Assembly: GCA_016748015.1 (NCBI GenBank)
Contig: JAAOMT010000659.1
Location: 747,222 to 811,221, forward strand
DNA from: Geosiphon pyriformis uo1
Lineage: Eukaryota; Fungi; Glomeromycota
Direction of reading: 5' to 3'
Length of the DNA stretch: 64,000 nucleotides
In this document: in pieces, positions 51,041-64,000 of the stretch
Layout of the letters: the number at the start of each line of letters is the position of its first letter
Position numbering within the stretch: position 1 is the stretch's first letter
Position numbers and translations under genes: made by a program
The notes under the pieces: generated by a model
Database searches by the model: none
What the model was told of the DNA's origin: nothing
What the model saw: only the letters and a program-made list of their open reading frames with translations

Positions 51041-54000
51041 TTTTTTTTTTTATGTTTAACGAGCGAGATTCAAACACTACCTAGAACTATACATCAATGA
51101 AATAATCTAAACTAGGCATGAATTATGCGCTTAACCACATGTGACCAGCCATTCGAGCCAGTCAGGAAAACACTATGCAGCTATATTAACAGAAACCATA
51201 TTACCAATACCCGAAAAAAAAGAACATAACTTGCAAAAGCCAAAAAGGGCACCAAAGGCCTCAGTAACACCAAACAACTTAACCACACCAGATAACAACC
51301 TCAAAACTGAACCAAAAACAGGAATGGAAATTGATCCGTCTGCTGGGATTAGGCCATTTTTTTCCATAAAAGCACGATGCTTGGCACAGACTAACCAAAT
51401 TTCATTTTTAAAAGCAGAGCACAGAGAGTGCACAAAATCAGTAATTTTAACCCCAGCAATCTTGGGATTATGGAAGACAGCAGTAGCCTCCTGAAGCCAT
51501 TCATTGAAAACAAAACCCTTGTAAAGAGCCAAGAAAACCAGCAAATCCAAAGCACAGGTTGACAAAAACTGCAACACAACCAAAAAAGAAAAGGAGAGCC
51601 CAGAAATTGATCCCCAAGAGGACATACAGGATTCCAGAACCTGACAACAAGCCAAATCATCAACCACACAAAAAAACATATGATCAGAAATCTCTACTTC
51701 ACCACAGTACAAACACAGGACACTAGAGTAATATTTATCGTAAATGCACTTCCAGACGGCCACAGGAAGTCAGCAGTGCAAAGCCTTTATAAGGTAAGTC
51801 CAAGTATCAGCAGTGAGTCTGCTAGTAAAGCCAGTGGCCATATGCAAATCAGGTTGCCAAACCTTAGAAGAACTGAGCCAGTCAACATTTAAATGCAAAC
51901 TACTAGCCAGAAACCCAAAATTGGAACCAACTTCTCAGTGAGCATGACAAACCACACAATAAACATCTCGAACAAAGTGTCTAGAATTACCAGAAACCAC
52001 ACCACCATCCACTAACAAAAAGTGTTTATCTACACAAGGAGGAAGAAACCAACCAGATAGAGATACAGTATTAGTGATACTATCAGCGCAGTCATTCCCC
52101 AAAACGCTGGAGTGGCTCTTGACTTTGTGCCAACTAACTTTCAAATTTTTACTGTGGATAACATTTCGAATATGCCAATGCTCGACCCAACATTGATTGC
52201 AAAAGTCAGGACATATCAGGCTTAACTCAGATCTATAAGCATCCAAAGCCACTTGACTATCTGAAAACAACTTAACCGAACGAGCTACAGATATACACTC
52301 CAAAGCCAACATTATAGCCTATAATTCTACTAAAGTAGATGACACCAAACCCTAAACACCAACACTCACACCCAAATCAATGTCTTCAAAAAAAGCAGCT
52401 GCCCCAGCTCTACAATCAACCATGCTCAAATGCTTCAAAGAACTATCCGTATATACTAACAAGCATTCGACATCAACTTGGGAAAGACAACCATGAGCAG
52501 CCACAAACTTATTAAACTCACAAAAGTTAAGAAGACCAGCACAAACTGAGACTATGGAAGACAAATGAGAAACTGTAAGAAATGCAGCAGAAAGTTCAAA
52601 CCATTCGGGAACTGGGCCACGAGGGTCCAGTTTCTTCTACTGCTTGAAGGTGCACCAGCTAAAAACAATGCCATGACAATCACGAAGCTGATTCACGAAT
52701 GCAATGCCATAATGCTGGAGAGAAGGTAAAAACTTGAAAAACAAAGACTCGCCAAGAATAACAGACATAGGAATTCCATCTCGAAACTGAAAAGCACTGG
52801 CCAAAGAGCCACCCAAAGACAAATTGCAATCAAGGAGAATGCGAACCATACCAGCTAAGAAATTATTAGAAACACTGATGCGAATATGAGTAAGAGAGAT
52901 TAAAGAGTAAATGGGCCTCCAACACAGAACCTGTAAGTCATGTGATCTGTGACAGAACAGATGCCCCAAGATTCTGTCAGAGTTCACAAAACTAATAAGT
53001 GAAGCCACTTTACTCTCAGATTGACACTGTGAAAAAGATTTTAAACCATAAAAAGAGGGATGGTGAATAGTATCACTAGGAAAGTCCATTGGAAGACCAG
53101 CTTTTAGCTTTAATCCCTTGCAAATCAGAGCATCTTACTTATTGTACACACCAACAGGAATATAGCCAAACTGTGTTCTGTAGCCGATTATGGGATGGAG
53201 AACTGTTAACACCAGATATAAGAACTGCTTATCTGAAACTGCTTTTCTTAGTAAAGAAACAAATGTCTAAATGTGTTTTAGCCAAGCTAGGCCTTGAAAG
53301 ACCCTTAGTTGACAAAAAAATGCCAAGATACTGATGAGATTTCCCTCTATGAGCAACAGAAATAGGCAAACCACTAATAAAAAGAGACAGAGCACTGATC
53401 CTGCTATTAATTGGAATGACCACAGTTTTGTCATTATTAATTGAAATGTCATTGACTTGGAAAAACTCACTAGCAACATTGAGAATATGCTGAATAGTGG
53501 CTTGACTGCTACCAACCCAAATAGTATCATTAACAAAAGCTTTAGCAGCAAGGAAAGTAGAAAGCCCAGCCTGAGACTCAGTGTAACTACTCCTGAAGAC
53601 AAAATGAAAATTGAGCCTGTAGTCATACACACTCTCTTGACGCTTGACTTCACACAAAAGAAGATCATAAAATATGTGTCACAGCAAAGGGGAAAAAACT
53701 TCACTCTGATCCAACTCATTAAACACCCAGTAACCATCAGTCAAACCAAAATTTGTCATGACACAGTTGGTTCAGTCTCTATAAATACTACCAAAAAAGC
53801 AAACAAATTTACTACACATTTTGATCCTGACCAAGCTCCTCTCAAGGTGCTCTCAGCCAACCAAATCATACACCTTCCGCATGTCCTGCAGAACAAGCCA
53901 AAGTTTCTGGTTTTTCTTTAGAGCATTCTCAATTATTGAGCCAACTGCAAAAATAGGAGACTGAGTAGTTGTATCCTTTAAAACTGAAAAATTGTCACCA

Positions 54001-57000
54001 CACAGAACATTATATAAGCTGCAAGCCAATGAGATTCTATCTAAAAGAATCTTGGATAGAATCTTGCAAGCCGTTTTAATCAAGACAATAGGACAAGTAT
54101 TCGTGAGAACACCCTCTCACTCATAAGGTTTAGGGATCATTGAAACCCAAGCTTCCTTCCAAGAACCAGGCACCAACTCACAAGACAAACAAGAATTCAA
54201 AAGAACCAAAAGCAAGCCCAAAACTGACTTATCACAATGTTTCCAAAGCTCATTGGAGATGCCCGAGAGGCCAGCAGCTTTCCCATCAGGAAAACCAGTA
54301 ATCACACAATGCAACTCATCAAAATTTATCTTACTTATCACCTCAGAAAAAACATCATCAAAAACGTAGTCCAAAGATTGGTATTGACAAGACCAAGTAT
54401 CAGAAATATCATCCACCATCATGTGCTTTCTGGTCCATCCTTCCATGATAGCATCCATCTTGAACTTAACCAAATCAGGTTCAAGAACTAACTCATCACC
54501 CACAACCAGATGGTCTAAAACCACTTTGTGAAAGAGACATTCTAACACACTTCTAATTGTATGACCCTTATCCAACTTAAAACTCTCCATCCTATTGGTA
54601 ATAGCCTGCCTAATGTGAGATTCTTCAGCACACTTGGCCTCCAGTAATTTAGAAGAGTGGTATAACCTTCTCGCTTTGGCCAGAACAGAACAAATGTCAT
54701 TAAATTTAGCACCAAAAAAGAACATAGATCTTACTGTCGAAGCACCAGTGGAGTTAAAGTTGTTCCATGTATCCAAAAGTAAGACAAAACTGACACTAGA
54801 ACTTGAGCGAGAAGCTTTCACCAGCTTGAAAACCAACAATTCCAGCTTATAAAACCTAGATGACTCTTTATTGCACACCATATCAAAACCTTTAAACCAT
54901 CTTTTCTTGAAAACACCACCAGCCGAAAGAACCATGATCTTGTGAATGACATCCCACATAGTGCCAAGATCAGAAAACTTCACAGCATCACCAAAAGCAC
55001 CCAAAAACATAGTAGTGTTAGCAGCCATAGTGTCCTTAAACTCAAGCCACTTAGCCACACTGGCATTTTCGACATCAAATTTCCAATGATCTTTATTTGC
55101 CTGCTTGCGAAAAAAAAACAAGTGTGTATTCAATAAACTGCCCAGACCCAAAGAAACAGACACAGCCTGATGGTCTGTATCAAAATATTTACCGACGTTC
55201 AAAACACCATGGTGTACCAAAGAATTGACCAGATTCTGTGAAACAAACACGTAATCAATAGTTTTCATGACACCCCTAAAATTCGCCCAAGTGGACATCT
55301 TAACAGCTGGATTTCCAATCAAAGAGTTAACCAACTCCAACTCAAGGCACTTTTTGAAACTCACACACTTTCGAGAACTATCTTCATTAAAATCACCACC
55401 AAGAATGACAAAAGAAGACTCATTAATGACTTTAGCAATAAGAGAGTTGATTTCACCAGTCTAAAAAAAATGAACCAATGATAAAGCACCAGCATAGAGC
55501 CCCAAAATAGACACTGAAAGTTTATTTTTGAAAAGTAACTTGATAGATAGGAGCTAACCAGGCATTTCAGAGACCTTGCAGACATGTTTTGCTAAAGAAA
55601 AATTCACGACAATTAACACACTAGCACCCAAAGAACCAGAATCCAGACCAGAAGTGAAAACCCGAACACCATCAAATTTGTCAATCAACCATGGACGAAT
55701 TTTCCCTTTAAGCTTTGACTCCATAAAAATAGAAACCAAATTGTTCATATCCTTGTGCCAGTGAATGACATCATCTTGTTTTGCAGAGTTGTTCAACCCA
55801 CAAACATTACATGTGGCAAATTTCCATATCATACTATTCATTGAAAAAGAGATAAAGAAAGAGTACCACTTACTAAAGCCAAACCATCCAAGTGCGCTGA
55901 TAGGCTCATGACTGAAGCAGAGAGACCTTCCAACATGTTTTCCAATTTCACAACCTCAGGTAAGGCAGTTGAACCTGTAACGGCAGCAGTCTTGTCACTA
56001 GTGGCATTACCCGAATCCACTCTCATCACTATATTCTCCCCTTGATTCTGCGATGAAGGGCTCACCAGCAGCTAACATCCAGGGCTAGGCTGGGAAACCA
56101 TTGGCACAAATGATTTCAACCTCTTAACCAACTTACCAATTTGTCCCACAAGACTGACAAGATTGCTCTCAATAGTAACCAAACATTTTTCCAAATCATT
56201 CACTACTGGAGGGAAAGGTACACTATTTCCAATAGAACCAAGCTGAAAGTCATATCCAAGAGAAGTGCCTGAAAGAATAGAGCCAACCACAGAGGCCCAA
56301 GTTTTTCCACCAAAAGCCAAAGGACAAGAAACAGGTGCAGATTTTTTTTCATATATCTTTGCCAAATGGAACTGATCCTGAGCTAAGAGAGGAGCCCTCT
56401 TGCTCCTAGGACCTGAGAACACACCAGCAGCATAACAAGCTAGAAAAATATGACCAGATTTTTTGCAAATTGAACACAGTGCAGCGGACAAATAAGACCA
56501 TCAGAGACCAACACTCTTTATAACAGGAGTGTTTGCCATTGCCTGAATTAGGCTACCTTTAGAATCAAAGCACACAGTGACATAGCGTGCTCGGACATAA
56601 CTGACAGAATTGCATTCAATAACACATGTTTTCCCACTGACCAAGCCAATGAAGTCCCAAAGATTATGAGCATTGGTGCCCATGGGGAGAGTATAAAGCA
56701 AAGCCCTAAACTTATCTCTGGCATCCCATGTTTGTTTGTCAACATCGGCCCAGGCCACATGCACTGCATCTTTTCCAATAAGGATGGACCACTCAGCCAC
56801 CAATAGATCAGCCTGATTTTGATCCTCCAATTTGATGATTGCCTTTTGCCATAGACCTACTAACTACATTTTGATTGACTTAATAAGCCCAAATTCAGAA
56901 ATGGCTGCATGTACTGCCTCAATGGAAGTTCCCACAGAAATTTTTTTCAACACAATTGCCTGATTTATACAATTGTTGATGAGACACTTAAGATCGGTGT

Positions 57001-57777
57001 TTACCACAACACCACAATCATTTGCCAATTGAGCAACCACTATCATCGCCTTTTTAAAAGTAAAAGATGCCTGGATGATTCCACCAAATTTTGAGGGGGT
57101 AAAAACTCCCCCAAAACCATTCACACCTGAAAAATTTTTTTTGACAAAATTCAATTTCTCCTGAGAGGATTTTCCAACAATGGTTACAAGATCAATATCC
57201 AAAGCAAAAGATTTGTGAACAGGCACTTAAACGGATGGTTTGATAGGTAGAGGGGGTGAGAAAAGAAAGAAATTATCTAACACATCATTGTTTGCATTGA
57301 CAGTATCATAATTAATTACACCCAGAGGCTTCTCTAACACCTTCTTGGTCTTTATACACAAACTCTTTGGCATTTGATTAGGATCCCCTTCCATAAAAGT
57401 ACTACTCTCACTATAGTCAACACTGGTTTTTTCAACCAAGCACTTCTCCTCCATGTCAATACTCTCAGATTTAATAGTGTCACTTGTCTCAGAACCTCAT
57501 AAATAATTACCAAGAACTTTATCAGCAATCTCTTTATTATCAACACTCTCTGCCAATATACCACCCTTCCTCTTCTTTCTCAACACAACCACCTTAAAAC
57601 CATTCTCAAAACCAGAAACTTTGGTAGTTTTCTTCATAACAGCAATAACAGAGCCAACAGTAGCCTCGTAATTAAAAAATGGTTTTGATTTATCATACTG
57701 AATGGTAAAAAACTTCCTTCAAAAAAACTTTTAACTCTTTTTTGGGAATTTTGAACAAAGGAGAGAAAGAAGTTTTT
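51041..57777 (-). mobile_element. Full-length LINE copy 2 (ORF1 ~55838-57690; ORF2 51173-55841), degenerate, poly(A) at 51041-51051
   Basis: Same 5' end and domain order as the copy at 1812: GGDFNE, TIDY, TDH, AFVND, WHKVKSHS, CLYCGEVEISDH. Confidence 0.94.
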
Positions 57778-57779
57778 TA

Positions 57780-59697
57780 AAAAATATATTATTTTACAAA
57801 TAGCCAAAAAAACCAAAGAATTAAAAAAACAGCAACAGTTGTTTGTGTTTGCTATTGTTATATTAAATCTTTTTATAATTTTAAATAAAATTTTTTCAAC
57901 AGCAATTAGCTTTTTTTTAATATAAACAACAACAATAATTGCATATCTTTCAAAATAATTTAATTATATTGTTAAATGTAGTGTTTTTTAGCAAATTATT
58001 GTTAATTCTAAAAACAAAACAACTTATTGAATTATTTGATTTTAAGAATTAAATTAACTAAATAAAAACTAAAACAATTTTTATTTTTTTATTTTTTAAT
58101 ACTGTTTTTAATAATGTCTAAAAAATAATTTTTAGTTATTAAAAATTTTTTAAATAGATGGCTTTTACTTTGGTATCTAATATTATTTTTAAGATTAAAT
58201 TAGTCTTAGTTAATTTTTTGTTTTATTTATTGTCTGATTTTATTGAACTTAAGTTAATTTTAAAAACAATATTAAATTATTTTGTATAAATTTTGTTTTT
58301 GAAATTTTTTTGGTTGTTATTAAAATTTTAATTAGTGGTTTTTTTTGATTACATTTAAAATTGCAAAATTTTCTGTGATAACTTTTGGATTTTTTTTTTA
58401 TCTTTGTTATATTTTATAATATTTTTTTTAATACATCTTTTAATAATATTAAAAATGTTTTTAGTGTTTTTAGTGTTATTATTTTTGTTAAATTGAAGTT
58501 TGTTAATTTGTAATAATATGTTATTGTTATTTTTAAGAACTTTTTTTTGTTGCTGTTGTTTTTAACAATTAATTTGTACTGATTAAAAAAATTAGTATTT
58601 AGATTTTTTTTTTAATTAAAAAAAGATTATTATCTCTTATAATACTTTTAAGACCAAATTATTGATTTTTTTTTCAGCTATATTATTTTTAAAATTAATA
58701 ATATGGTTTTTTAAATTGATAATCATATTTGCTTTATTTTTTATTCTTTTAATTCTTATTATTATCAATGTTTTACTATTATAATATTTGGCTTTTATAA
58801 GTTTCTGAATTTTGTTGTTATTAAAATTAATACTTTGTGTAAATATTGCATCTGATAAAAAACTTTTAAGTATTATTGTTATTATAAGTATTAAGACTTA
58901 AATCATTTATTTAAAAATTACAAAATATTACCACTTTTTTTTAAAGTTATTTGTTAAGTTTGCTGTTAGTTTTAGGTTTTTTGTGTTTTTTTTATTAATG
59001 AAAAGTTTTATGTTAAGGCTTCTACTTTTTTAATTTTTCTTTGTGTTGTTTTTTTGGTCATTTTTATTATTAATTTAAGTTTGATTATAAGTTAAATTCT
59101 TTAAAATTACAAATTAAAAATCTGGTTGATTTAGTAAAATTTATTATTAAATTTATTAGTTTTTTGGTTACTTTGGTTACTTTTTTTTTGTCTAAGAATA
59201 TGCACAAAAATCACAAAATTGAAAAGAATTTGCTTATTATGTTTAATATTTTCAAAAACTTTGCTTTTTTTTAGTTAATATATTTAAGAACTTTGCTAAT
59301 CTTAAAACTAAAGTTGAATTTTACAATATGAATAAAAATAAGTTTAGTGCTGCCAAAACACTTTTTTTAAATAAAAAAACATATAATTATATGATTACTT
59401 TATGATAAATATGTGGTCTTAAAGTTAAAAATAGTATTAAAAAAACTAGATTGTTTTTTAGTGAATTTATTTTTGATTTTAGAAATTTGAATGGTATTAT
59501 TAAGAAACTTGGTAGGCTGGATTTACTTCTGGCTTTTTTTAATTTAGCTTAATTAGTGTTTTAATTAACTTATATAGTTAGTTACATATAGAAAATACAT
59601 AATTTACATTTAATTTAAGTTTTTTAATTTGATTTATTGTATTAGATAGTGTTTGGGCACACTTTGTTAAAACGTAAATAAAAAAATAAATAAAAAT
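57780..59697 (+). mobile_element. Ancient ORF1-only (HAL1-like) non-LTR element with the LINE-type 3'UTR and A tail; 5' part probably 50750-51040
   Basis: Decayed ORF1-like reading at 58550-58925, including knuckle relic YCYYKY*DLNHLFKNY. Stop near 59552, then the LINE 3'UTR signature and A tail. Confidence 0.55.
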
Positions 59698-59995
59698 TAC
59701 ATATCAAATAATGCATGTACTTTTTGTTTATTTTCTGATTTATTAGAAATAATATACATTTTGGTTGAAATATATATTATTTATTAATAGTAAGAAATCA
59801 AATTATGGTTGTGAATTAAAGTCAGCAGTCTAAAATTCTATTGGTCAACTGGAAAAAACTTACGGAGATTAGCAAAATGCCATATTTTTGCGTGATAAAG
59901 CCTTTATGGCTTTTATGAAAAACTTCCCAAGCCGGCTATTAGTATTTAGTCTTTCTTGGCTATTATTTAAATAATTACTCTTCACAAATTAAAAA

Positions 59996-62900
59996 ATGGG
60001 TGGTGGCTTACCTCTTGAAGAAAATTCTCTCAAGGAGTCTATGAGGCAAATGTCCGATTTTTCGGTATACCTTTTGTTGACCTTGCATTCTTTTGACCTT
60101 TTAAGATGTGGATTTCTCTTAAAATTTATAAGTTTTATAGTTGAATGCATCGCAGTCACAAACTCAAAATGATCGGGAGGTACTTGAACTAGGACAAGTA
60201 CGACTGATACATTGCAAGAGCAAAGTCTACGTTCACCCAACTTCTAGTAACGAAGATAACATTCCCGGATTTTTATGTATCGTTGAAAAGGTATTGCCTC
60301 TTTATGTGCCCATGAAATCGCTTTTGTTTCATTATCTTTGATTCTTTGGTTCAATTTTTCGATTAATTATTGTTTTAGTCGCATAACAATAACTATATAG
60401 CTTGGACGCCAGAATCGTTGCTCACTACTGATCAATTAGAATCATATGTTCAAGTTGAATGCTACCCCGACGCTGAAGACGAAGAAGACGAAGGTTGGCA
60501 GGTAGAGAGGAAAGATGACCGTGATGATGAGAATGGGCTTGGATGTATGGTGGTTTATTTTCTATGAAAACTTTTTTCTAAAACAGGAGATTAACAAAGA
60601 ATTAGTCGCATTCTGATATAGCTTACACTACATTCTGATCTCGATTTTTTTATTAGCGACTATTCTGATCTCTCCTCCGTTATCCTTACTAAACGCAGCA
60701 TCCCCTTCTGCTGATACGTTATACGCCGCCTCAACACCCATATCATCCATTTATTCAATCGTAGTTTTACCACCGAAGATCACCAATGGATATGGTTCTA
60801 TTACTATTAATCTTGATGGTGGAACTACCCTTCCCACATTTTGGTTTCATGATGATGAAAGTCGTAGCACAAGGTTACGGCGTAAAAGACGACTACGAAA
60901 ACCTGCCTCGTCCGCAAATGAGAAAGAAGGGAACAATTTAGTCATTTGGGGAGGTGATGAGACAATAACATGGCTTAGAAAATTTAGCCATGTCTTTAGG
61001 TTCGGATCGGGAAAAATTTTATTATAATATAGATAGGAATTTTGCTTACTTGTATTATTTACTCCCAAAGTTCTTCAATAGAACCAAATTTATTTCTTAT
61101 AAACCCATCACCAGAAGATATGACCAATCATAGCCCTCCTTTGTCAAAACAGGCTTCTACAAGTGGAATAACAGCTACAACGCACATGGATCCATTAACT
61201 GCAGTCAGTATTATTTATCCTCATTTACCGGTTGCCTCGTGTTTGTCATCCAATAACGATTTTCATAAAAGAGACTAATTTCTCGTGGATTAACCAAGAA
61301 GGACATAAAATATTTGAAATTTACAGGCTGTTAAAGAAATCCGTTTCAATGTTTTAGAGAGATTTTCCAGGGTCGCTCGGTTTTCACGCGATACAGCAGG
61401 TGAAGTTTTTCAGCCTTATCCTTTAGTTCTTCAATAATAAAATTTACGATTTATCATTTTGCAGCCACTATTCTTGAGCATCCGCTTGCCCGTCCTATAC
61501 TTCCACATCTCCCTCCAGTGATGAATTCCTTGATACACAATGAACCTACTCATTCCGGTATAACTGATTTTGATTCTGCGCGGATGTATTTGGCACAATG
61601 GGCAGCCCTTGTGGCAAAAGATGCTGAAGCTGCAGCTGCAGCAGAACATGGAAACGGAAAAGATGATGCGAGCAAAGCGAGGCCTGCTGTTTGGAGGGTT
61701 GGGGAATTGGCAGATCAAGGGGATTCTTCTACATCTTGGCAGGAGGAGACAGAGTTGGGTGCATTTGAAATTCTCAGCGTATGGTTATACTCTTTACGAC
61801 AATTAGCATAAATTAAATTCGTTTATTCTATATTTTAATTGATAAAATTTAATCGATGCTTTAGAGCGAGGCCAGTTTACCCCCAATTCACCACACTCGT
61901 ACTGGTCCTCTCAAAGCTGATACTTGGTTTTCTTTTTTCGATGTTGAGGGCAGGCTACTGGTTCAGGTGGAGGAAGTCAGAGCCATGGTGTTTCGTGGAG
62001 TATGTTGAGGATTAAAGTGCAATTTTTAAGACGAAACTTTTCCGCTTTTCGAACATTCTATTCAACCCTTTACTTATATTTAATAGGGTGTGGAAGAAGA
62101 TATACGTGTTGAAGTATGGAAGTTCTTTCTTGGTGTTTTTCCATGGGAATCCAGCCAAGTAGAAAGGGAAAATATTTTTGCTGCGAAATCGTTACGTATC
62201 AAACCCTGTTTAAAATTTCACCCGACGTGATATTCAACAACCTCAATTAATGTGTTATTTTCACTTAGCCAAGAATATTGGACTCTTAAGCGTGAATGGT
62301 GGGATTCAACCGACGTACAAGATGATGCTGATTTCCAAGAACAAAAAAATAGAATAGGTTAAATTTCCCCTTAGTCTTCTCTCAAACTATGTTGATTATT
62401 TGCATTTTGGATCTGATCAAATTTGAATTCTATATAGAAAAGGATGTGATCCGTACCGATCGAACTGTACCTTTTTTCAAGCATGAGGATATACCTCATC
62501 CCGATCCTTTGTCATCATCTTCGCCGCTCACCAATAAAAATTTAGAATTGATGAAGGATATCCTAATGACATATAATTTTTACAATAAAAACCTCGGTAA
62601 GGATTTTTCACATTCAAATTTTAATTTTCACATTGGCTTATTTTAATTGAACCCATAAAAATCTAAACATTGATTTATCTCTAAAGGTTATGTTCAAGGA
62701 ATGAGCGATTTGTTGGCACCAATTTTCGTCATTATGGGCGATGAAGTAGCAGCGTTTTGGGCATTTACGGGTTTCATGGACCGAATGGTGAGATTTCATT
62801 TTTATCTTCCTTAATTTATGAGTCGTATTATTGGTTTTCGAGTGTCAACTCTTTTTCTTGTAAAATCAATTTATAGAAGTCAAATTTTTATCGGGATCAA

Positions 62901-63593
62901 TCAGGAATGCGGCGACAATTGTTGACTCTAGATCATTTGATTCAGTTTATGGATCCAAAGCTGTATAAACATCTCCGTAAGGCTTTTTATACTTCTCTTC
63001 CCGATCAATCACACTTGATAACTATAATTGATCATTTTATAGAAAGGACGGAATCTTTAAATCTTTTCTGTTGCTTCCGCTGGCTTATTATATGGTTCAA
63101 GCGGGAGTTTAAGTGGGATGAAGTGACATCTCTTTGGGAAGTTCTTTGGTCTGACCATCTGACGGGACAATTCCATCTTTTTTTTGCATTGGCTATTCTT
63201 GATAAACATCGTCAGGTTATCATGGATTACTTAACTAATTTTGACGAGATATTAAAGGTCAGTTGATCAATTTTTCATTGGTATTTTCGTAAGCTATAAT
63301 TAAAATTCGTTGTTTTTCCATTTTAGTACATCAATGATCTTTCCATGACTATTCAGCTGGAGGAAACTTTGCAGCGTGCAGAAACATTGTATTATCAGTA
63401 TCAACGAATGGTTGAAGCTGTTGATCGCAAGCGCCTAGAATTGGAAAAATCCTCGGATAACCAAAATGAAGATGGCCCAAGAATGAGGAAGGGGAAAGAA
63501 ATTGGGGAGGATGGTTCCTCGGAAGCCTCAAGATTGCCAGTAATAACAGATTTACTCAGGGGCTTGTTGAGCAAAGAGTATCTCAAAGAGTAG
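59996..63593 (+). CDS. GYP7: TBC-domain Rab GTPase-activating protein, Gyp7/TBC1D15-17 family; about 15 exons
   Basis: N-terminal KSKVYVHPT..DNIPGF. TBC motifs RVEVWKFLLG, IEKDVIRTDR, GYVQGMSDLL, CFRWLIIWFKREF. Regular GT-AG introns (e.g. 60065-60140, 60291-60378); stop at 63591-63593. Confidence 0.93.
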
Positions 63594-64000
63594 GCCAAAC
63601 ATTTTTGAGAGCCGTATAGCTTTGACCAACTAATTTTTCCGTAATAACTAATCCATCACTACAGCAAACTGTGATTCATAATTTCATTAAATCGAGATGT
63701 TTGGGTTTAAAACATTGACGAACACTTAATGAAACGGTGTAATTCCTTGATTCGTCTAAAGATTTAGATTCGAGCGAACTTATTTTGATTTTATTTCTTG
63801 TATATTTGTATATTCTTTTTTGGTTATTTGTATTGTTTTCAAACCTCGATCTCTAACAGCCGAACAATAAGCTTTAATTCTTAAATTTTTGATATTTATA
63901 AAAATATGTCTATCAAAGAAAGTTTTGTTGAACATCTACTCTAATTTAAGAGTTCTTTCAGCAATTTTGATGAGATCAGAAAAGATACCGAAGGCTGTAA

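Overview
AT-rich eukaryotic (fungal) DNA. The intron-rich genes and TE families suggest Glomeromycota/Mucoromycota, which is inference. Roughly 90% of the window is nested, transition-mutated retroelements around two host genes: MRPL4/uL29m (41465-42331, 3 exons) and a Gyp7-type TBC Rab-GAP (59996-63593, about 15 exons). TEs include two near-full-length RNase H-bearing LINEs, a 5'-inverted LINE, an ORF1-only (HAL1-like) LINE derivative, two full-length dUTPase-carrying Ty3/Gypsy elements, an internally deleted Gypsy of a second family, solo LTRs of four families and a pogo relic. Best candidate for an undescribed system: a tricistronic Gypsy layout. Gag-PR-Cys-rich-dUTPase-RT-RNaseH ends at a conserved stop. 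Integrase is a separate out-of-frame ORF with its own start. A conserved, non-envelope ~210-240 aa ORF3 lies before the PPT, and U5 carries an anti-PBS tRNA-end mimic. Second highlight: the MRPL4 proximal promoter region is a LINE 3'UTR whose CpGs were spared from decay. Two N-gaps carry exact overlap duplications (assembly artefacts). All alignments were done by eye.
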